A stretch of 63,808 nt of DNA from Chrysemys picta bellii (lineage: Eukaryota): contig NC_088794.1 of assembly GCF_011386835.1 (NCBI RefSeq), positions 1,240,193-1,304,000 on the forward strand. Reading direction: 5' to 3'. Shown here one piece after another: positions 57,685-63,808 of this stretch. A program made the translations under genes and the position numbers. The notes under the pieces are model-generated. The model was not told the DNA's origin, did not search any database, and saw only the letters and a program-made list of their open reading frames with translations. Each line of letters starts with the position of its first letter. The first letter of the stretch is position 1.

Positions 57685-60600
57685 TGTAACGAACTGGGAC
57701 TGTTCTTAATGTGGTCTTTAAATGCTTTACTGGCTGGCTGAGAGTCATGGTAAATCGCAGGAAGCCGGGGGTGAAGGGCCTTGTGTCCCCCCACACTCCA
57801 TGACAACTGGTGGCAGTGGTGGGATCTACTGCACCCCGTGGACGGTGCTGTCTGCAGTAAGTGACTGGGGAGCAGTAAAATGAAGGGGGATCGACGGGGA
57901 CCAGGTGGGCTGAAGAGTCAGAAAGAGACAATTTCAGGGGGCGATTCACCCCTGGGAGTGTGTGACCAGAGAGAAGGACTGTTGCAGTAACAGGGTCCCC
58001 CGGGGGATCGCAGTGAGTGGTCCCAGGGCAGAGGAGTCTGCAGCTCGACCCTGGCAGAGAGGGGGTGACCTGAAGAAGGGCTGGCACACTAGGGGTCCCC
58101 CTGGAACGGTGGAAAGCGGAGAGCACAGGCCGGCGAGTGGCCAGCAGGAGGATGGATGCTAAACGCCTCAAGAGCGACCTGGTGGAGCAGTGCAGGCAGA
58201 GGGGGCTGCGCATTGAGAGGTCCACCAAAGAACAGCTCATTGCCCAGCTGGAGGAGAGGGATCGCTTGGATGAACCGAGCCCTGTCCCTGAGGGAAGCCG
58301 CCCGGCAGATGCAGCGTGGGCCCCGGGGCCTGACATGGCTGGGAGGGGTCAGACTGCTGCCGAGGACATCCCGAGACCCTGCCTACCTATACCTAGGGGA
58401 GGGGTTGGGGGAAGCCCAGCGAATACCGAGGGCACCCTGACCCCGGCGGCCAGCAGCGGATCGTCCCGGCAGAGCTCCCCGTCCCTGGAGCAGAGGCGGC
58501 TGGAATATGAATGGAAAATGAGACAAGCTTGAGTTAAGGAAGCAAGAACTAAAGCAGAAGCGAAAAGAATGGAAAAAGCGTCAGCATAAAAAGAAACAAC
58601 GTCAGCAGGAGCGGGAAGAGAAGGAGAACCAAGGTCAGCATGAGCTGGAACTGGCCAGGCTGAGGAGCAGTGAGGCCCCGGCTGCGGTGAGCGAGGGGGA
58701 CCCAAGACTGCAAAGAGCTTTGATCAGTGCTTCCTGGCCCAGCGTAAGGAGGGGGAGGACATGGAGACCTTCCTGACGGCCTTTGAGAATACCTGCGAGC
58801 TGCTCCAGGTTGACCCTGTAGACAGGCTCCAGTTTCTCATCCCCTCACTGGACCCCACAGCCAGGGAGGTGTACAGCCGACTGAAAGGGGCGGAGACAGG
58901 GGACTACGAACTGTTCAGAAAGGCCCTGCTCCGCGAGTTTGGGCTGAGCCCTGAGATGTACCGGAAAAGGTTCCGGAGTCAGCGTAAAACCCGCGAGGTC
59001 ACATACCTACAACTGGCCAACCGGGCGCAGGGGTATGCCCGCAAGTGGACAGCTGGGGCCCAAACTATAGAGGACCTGCTTGACCTATTCATACTGGAGC
59101 ACCTGTATGAGCAGTGCCCATCCGACCTGAGGCGATGGTTGATGGACCAAAAGCCAGAGAACCCGCAGCACACAGGCCAGCTGGCCGACGAGTTTGTGAA
59201 CAGCCTGGCAGGGGATAACAGGGAGGAGTCCCAAAGGAACAGGCCCGCTACAACGCAGAGAGAGAGTGACCCTGGAACCTCCCAAAGGGGAAACATGGCG
59301 AACCCTCTCCCAAGGGGAACACCCAGTGTCAGGACCAACCGACCGGCTCGAGGGGACCCACGGGACATGGGCTGTTATCACTGTGGCCAGAGAGGCCACA
59401 TACGGACCCAGTGCCCCAAGCTCAAGGACAGACTGAGCAGACCGAACCCACAGAGGGTCAACTTGGTAGAGACCCAGCCAGACAAGGTAAAAACGGCCCA
59501 GGCAAGTGGGGCTGACAGCTTCCCAACGGCTCAGGAGGGAGGAGTGGCCAGGCCAGCTCCTCTTGGGGGCTGGATGCTCTGGACTCAAGGTTCTCCGTTT
59601 ATACGGTAGGCGCGGGGCTGTCCCTGCGGAGCAAGTGCCTTGTTCCCCTGGAGGTGGATGGGAGGAAGGTCAATGGATACTGGGATACGGGCGCAGAGGT
59701 GACGCTGGCCCGGCCCGAGGTGGTGGCTCCAGATCAGGTGGTGCCCAACACCTACCTGACCCTGACGGGGGTGGGTGGGACCCCATTCAAGGTGCCCGTG
59801 GCGAGGTTACACCTGAAGTGGGGGGCCAAGGAGGGCCCCAAGGAAGTGGGGGTGCACCACCATTTGCCCACTGAGGTGTTAATGGGGGGGGACCTTGAGG
59901 ACTGGCCAAGCAACCCCCAGGGTGCCCTGGTCATAACCTGTAGCCAGAGCTGGCGAGGGGCACTGCGCCCTGACAACGGTGGGGAGGAAACACCCAGGGA
60001 CACGGATCAGGGAGGCTGCGGCTTCAGACCCAGCCGGCGAGAGAGAGCAGGTGGCCATCCCTGTCCCAGCTGCTGAGTTCCAGGCCGAGTTGCAGAGAGA
60101 TCCCTCCTTGCGGAAGATAAGGGACCTGGCCGACCTCAATGCGGTACAGACCATGGGACGAGGTGGCCGGAAAAGGTTCCTGTGGGAGAAGGGGTTCCTG
60201 TACCGAGAATGGGCTCCCCCAGGGAAAATGGAGTTGGGGGGGATCAGGAGGCAGCTGGTGGTACCCCAGAAGTATCGCCGCCAGCTGCTGTGCCGGGCCC
60301 ATGACATTCCCCTCTCAGGGCACCAGGGAACCTGGCGTACCCAGCAGAGGCTGCTACGGAGCTTTTACTGGCCTGGGGTCTTTGTTACTGTCCGACAGTA
60401 CTGCGGATCCTGTGACCCCTGTCAGAGGGGGAGGAAGGTCCGGGACAAGGGGAAAACAGCTTTAGGACCCTTGCCCAGCATAGAGGAGCCTTTCGAGAGG
60501 GTGGCCAGGGTAAAAAGGGCGGCTCTGAACCAAGAGAACCCGAATCAGCGACCTCCAGACTGGAGCGCTGGGAGAAGACCCCAGCCCAGTTGGAACCCCA

Positions 60601-61904
60601 GGGGTATTGGGGTGGGAAAAGGACACGGGCCGCATAAACGCTCCCACATGCGAACTACAAGTGCCATCGACGTAAGGGGGGGCGTGAAACTGGAGGGGCC
60701 TGGTGTAATTCCCACTCAGGAATGGGAGGGATGCGGGGGCATCCACGGGAATGGGGGTAGATTCGAACTTCCCCGGGTCACTGGCTGAAGTGACCCTGCT
60801 CAGTTCAGTCTCCCCGTGACGAACTGGGACTGTTCTTAATGTGGCCTTTGAATGCTGAGTGGGGGGTGTTGGCTGGGAAGGCAGCGGAGTGTGGCTAGGA
60901 TGGTCTGCATTGGGGAAGGGGAGACTGACCGAAGGAGAATACCTGAGCATGTAACATGAGAACCCAGGAAGGGGTTAGAGGCCAGGTGACACCTTTGCCC
61001 GGGAAACTGAACAAAGTCTGGGGGAGGAGCCAGGAGAGGCTGGGTGAGAGATGCTGGAGGGAGTTGGAGTTGTCAGGAGCTGGCTGGTGTAATGGAGGGG
61101 AGCCCAGACAGGTAGGGTTACCATATCTCATAAATAAAAAAAGAGGACCCTCCACGGGCCCTGGCCCCGCCCATTTCCCCACCCCAACTCCGCCCCTTCC
61201 CCACCCTAACTCCGCCCTCTCCTCCCTCCCACTCCCAGCCACGCGAAAAGGGCTGCCCGAGCGCTACCGGCTTCACGGTTTGCCGGGCAGCCCCCAGACC
61301 CTGCGCCCCCAGCCGGCGCTTGCCCAGCGCAGCTGGAGCCCGGGAGGGGAAGCGCCCAGCCGGGGGCGCAGGGTCTGGAGGCTGCCCGGCAAACCGTGAA
61401 GCCGGTAGCGCTCGGGCTTCGGGCAGCCCCTATGCCCCCGGACCCTGCGCCCCCGGCCGGGCACTTCCCCTCCCGGGCTCCGGCGGCGCAGGGTCTGGAG
61501 GCACGGGGGCTGCCCGAAGCCGGTAGCGCTCGGGCAGCCCGGCTCTTAAACAGAGCCGAAGAGTCGGGGAGGAGCAGAGCCGCCATTTTCCTGGACATAT
61601 TCGGCTTTTTGGCAATTCCCCCCGGACGGGGGTTTGAATGCCGAAAAGCCGGACATGTCCGGGAAAAAGAGGACGTATGGTAACCCTACAGACAGGGCTC
61701 TGACCTCCCAAGGGGGCTGTGGGGCCCTGCGACCCCAAAATGGACCTAACTCAGGGGGGTCCTGTTGTGTGTACCTGCAAGACCTGTCTTGGACTGTGTT
61801 CCTGTCGTCTAAATAAACCTTCTGCTTTACTGGCTGGCTGAGAGTCATGGTGAATCGCAGGAAGCCGGGAGCGCAGGGCCTTGTGTCCCCCACACTACGT
61901 GACA
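57685..61904 (+). mobile_element. Gmr1-like non-autonomous LTR retrotransposon (gag-pro plus integrase N-terminus), second copy
   Basis: 5' LTR 57685-57805 (internally deleted); PBS TGGTGGCAGTGGTGGGAT 57808-57825 (17/18 match to the complement of the tRNA-Leu AAG/TAG 3' end); frameshifted gag-pro; 3' LTR about 60815-61904; flanks CCCAC/TCCAC. Confidence 0.92.
61113..61688. mobile_element. hAT-superfamily MITE (576 bp) inside the 3' LTR
   Basis: TIRs TAGGGTTACCATA/TATGGTAACCCTA; perfect 8-bp duplication CAGACAGG (61105-61112, 61689-61696); internal 38-bp perfect inverted repeat (61255-61292, 61380-61417). Confidence 0.93.
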
Positions 61905-61954
61905 TCCACTCCCTGAGCTGGGAAGAGAACCCAGGAGTCCTGGCTCCCCTCCCC

Positions 61955-62640
61955 CACACCCCCAGGTGCGATGGAGGCCGTCTCTCTGGCCGGGGTCCCC
62001 CTAACTCCCTCTCCCCCCCCAGGAGCGATGGAGGCCGTCTCTCTGGCCGGGGGTCCCCCTAACTCCCTCTCCCCCCCCAGGAGCGATGGAGGCCGTCTCT
62101 CTGGCCGGGGTCCCCCCCAACCCCCTCTCCCCCCCGAGGTGCGATGGAGGCCATCTCTCTGGCCGGGGTCCCCCCTAACTCCCTCTCCCCCCCCCAGGTG
62201 CGATGGAGGCCGTCTCTCTGGCCGGGGGTCCCCCTAACTCTCTCTCCCCCCCCCCAGGTGCAATGGAGGCCATCTCTCTGGCCGGGGGTCCCCCTAACTC
62301 CCTCTCCCCCCCCAGGAGCGATGGAGGCCGTCTCTCTGGCCGGGGGTCCCCCTAACTCTCTCTCCCCCCCCCCAGGTGCAATGGAGGCCATCTCTCTGGC
62401 CGGGGGTCCCCCTAACTCCCTCTTCCCCCCCAGGAGCGATGGAGGCCGTCTCTCTGGCTGGGGTCCCCCTAACTCCCTCTCTCCCCCCCCAGGTGCAATG
62501 GAGGCCATCTCTCTGGCCGGGGGTCCCCCTAACTCCCTCTCTCCCCCCCCAGGTGCAATGGAGGCCATCTCTCTGGCTGGGGTCCCCCTAACTCCCTCTC
62601 TCCCCCCCCAGGTGCAATGGAGGCCATCTCTCTGGCCGGG
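61955..62640 (+). repeat. Twelve-copy 57-60-bp array of the LAT acceptor, start codon and first 8 codons
   Basis: cctaactccctctcccccccag|g(t/a)gc(a/g)ATGGAGGCC(a/g)TCTCTCTGGC; ATGs at 61971, 62028, 62086, 62144, 62203, 62263, 62321, 62381, 62439, 62498, 62558 and 62617. Confidence 0.95.
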
Positions 62641-63481
62641 GTGCTCTGGGCCTTCGTGCTGGTTCTCCCGGCGGTGCTGGCCACGGCTCTCTGCATCGGC
62701 TGCCGGGACACGGGCTCTCCTGGTAAGTCCAGTGCCCCCCCCGCCCCCATACAGCGTGGCCCGGGCCTGGGGGGCTGCACATGGGCTGCCCCAGCTCCAG
62801 CCATGGGGGCAGCGTGACATTCACCTGCCCCCCATGCCTTTCTGCCCCCCCCAGGTACCCCCCTTGCCCCCACCCCTGCTCCCCCCCCAGAACCCTCCCA
62901 CAAACACCCTGCTCCCCCCAGGGAAACCCCCACACGTTCCTCCCCCCTGAGCCCCCCCAACATACACCCTGCTCCCCTCCAGACCCCACACCAGCCCCCT
63001 CCCCTGTGCTGGGCTACCATGGGGGGTCCTGTCCCCTCAATCTCTCCCATCCCCCGCAGGAGCAGAGTGGGACGGACCCCCCCTGCCCCCACCCCTAACG
63101 CTGCGCCCTGCTCTCTCGCCAGCCCACGGAGCCCAGGCGGTCGGGGACTACGAGTACAAGTGAGTCCGTCTGTCCCCATGTCTGTCTGTCTGGCGCACAA
63201 CGAGGGAGCTGCCCAGCAGGGGCTTGGGGTCCCCGGGGGAGGGGCGAAGGGTGGGACAGTGGGGTGGGGTGTTAAGGGCTGGGATTGGCCAGGGGGCAGG
63301 GGGGTCTGGGCATAGGGGGGCTCCCTTGGGGTGAGTTTGGGGGGGCAGGGGGTCTCCCTGGGGGTATCTGGCAGGTGCTGAGGGGGGACCTTGCCTGGCT
63401 CTAATGGCATCTCCTCTGCCCCCCACAGACCCCCACCTTGTGTCCCCCCCAACAGCTTCATGGTGCTGACCAGAGCCAACT
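62617..63481 (+). CDS. LAT: Linker for activation of T cells, 5' part (continues past the window)
   Basis: Exons 62617-62722 (MEAISLAGVLWAFVLVLPAVLATALCIGCR: N-terminal TM plus CxxC palmitoylation motif), 63123-63159 and 63429-63481, with compatible phases; lies directly after SPNS1 as in mammals. Confidence 0.85.
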
Positions 63482-63489
63482 GTGAGTAC

Positions 63490-63808
63490 CCCCCATGCAC
63501 CCCACCCCGTACCCCTGTAACCCCTTGTATCCCCTGCACCCCACCCTGTACCCCTGTGACCCCTCGTATCCCCTGCACCCCACCCTGTAGCCCTGTGACC
63601 CCTCGTATCCCCTGCACCCATCCCCTATCCCCCCCCACCCTGTATCCCTGTAACCCCTTGTATCCCCTGCACCCCATCCCCTAATCCCCACCCCCACCCT
63701 GTATCCCTGTGACCCCTCGTATCCCCTGCACCCATCCCCTATTCCCCACCCCCACCCTGTACCCCTGTGACCCCTCATATCCCCTGCACCCATCCCCTAT
63801 TCCCCCCC
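63490..63808. repeat. C-rich minisatellite in a LAT intron
   Basis: ccctgtacccctgtgacccctcgtatcccctgcacccca units. Confidence 0.85.

Overview
Vertebrate genomic DNA, visibly GC-rich and microchromosome-like. The CR1, hAT/Harbinger MITE, Penelope and Gmr1-type LTR families point to a turtle (inference). The window covers the block syntenic with human 16p11.2 (CD19-NFATC2IP-SPNS1-LAT). I reconstructed five protein-coding genes by hand from GT-AG junctions and frame continuity: (1) an unnamed B7/NCR3LG1/tapasin-like IgSF gene (signal peptide-V-C1-C1-TM, then a further Ig-like exon after the TM; 3928-15194+); (2) NFATC2IP (9 exons, 357 aa); (3) an intronless arylamine N-acetyltransferase on the minus strand (278 aa); (4) SPNS1 (12 coding exons, 521 aa); (5) the first three coding exons of LAT, which runs off the window. 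Introns and intergenic DNA are filled with Gmr1-like LTR retrotransposons, solo LTRs, CR1 fragments, MITEs, a Penelope hairpin and many minisatellites. Main points of interest: an apparently cytoplasmic Ig domain in the IgSF gene; five tandem arrays that each grew from an exon boundary, including 12 complete acceptor+ATG cassettes at the LAT start; a NAT with a fish-like active-site motif in this block; a gag-pro-only LTR family, one copy with an inverted 3' LTR; and a probable CTCF-motif array beside a bidirectional promoter. All coordinates and counts were read by eye; no searches were run.
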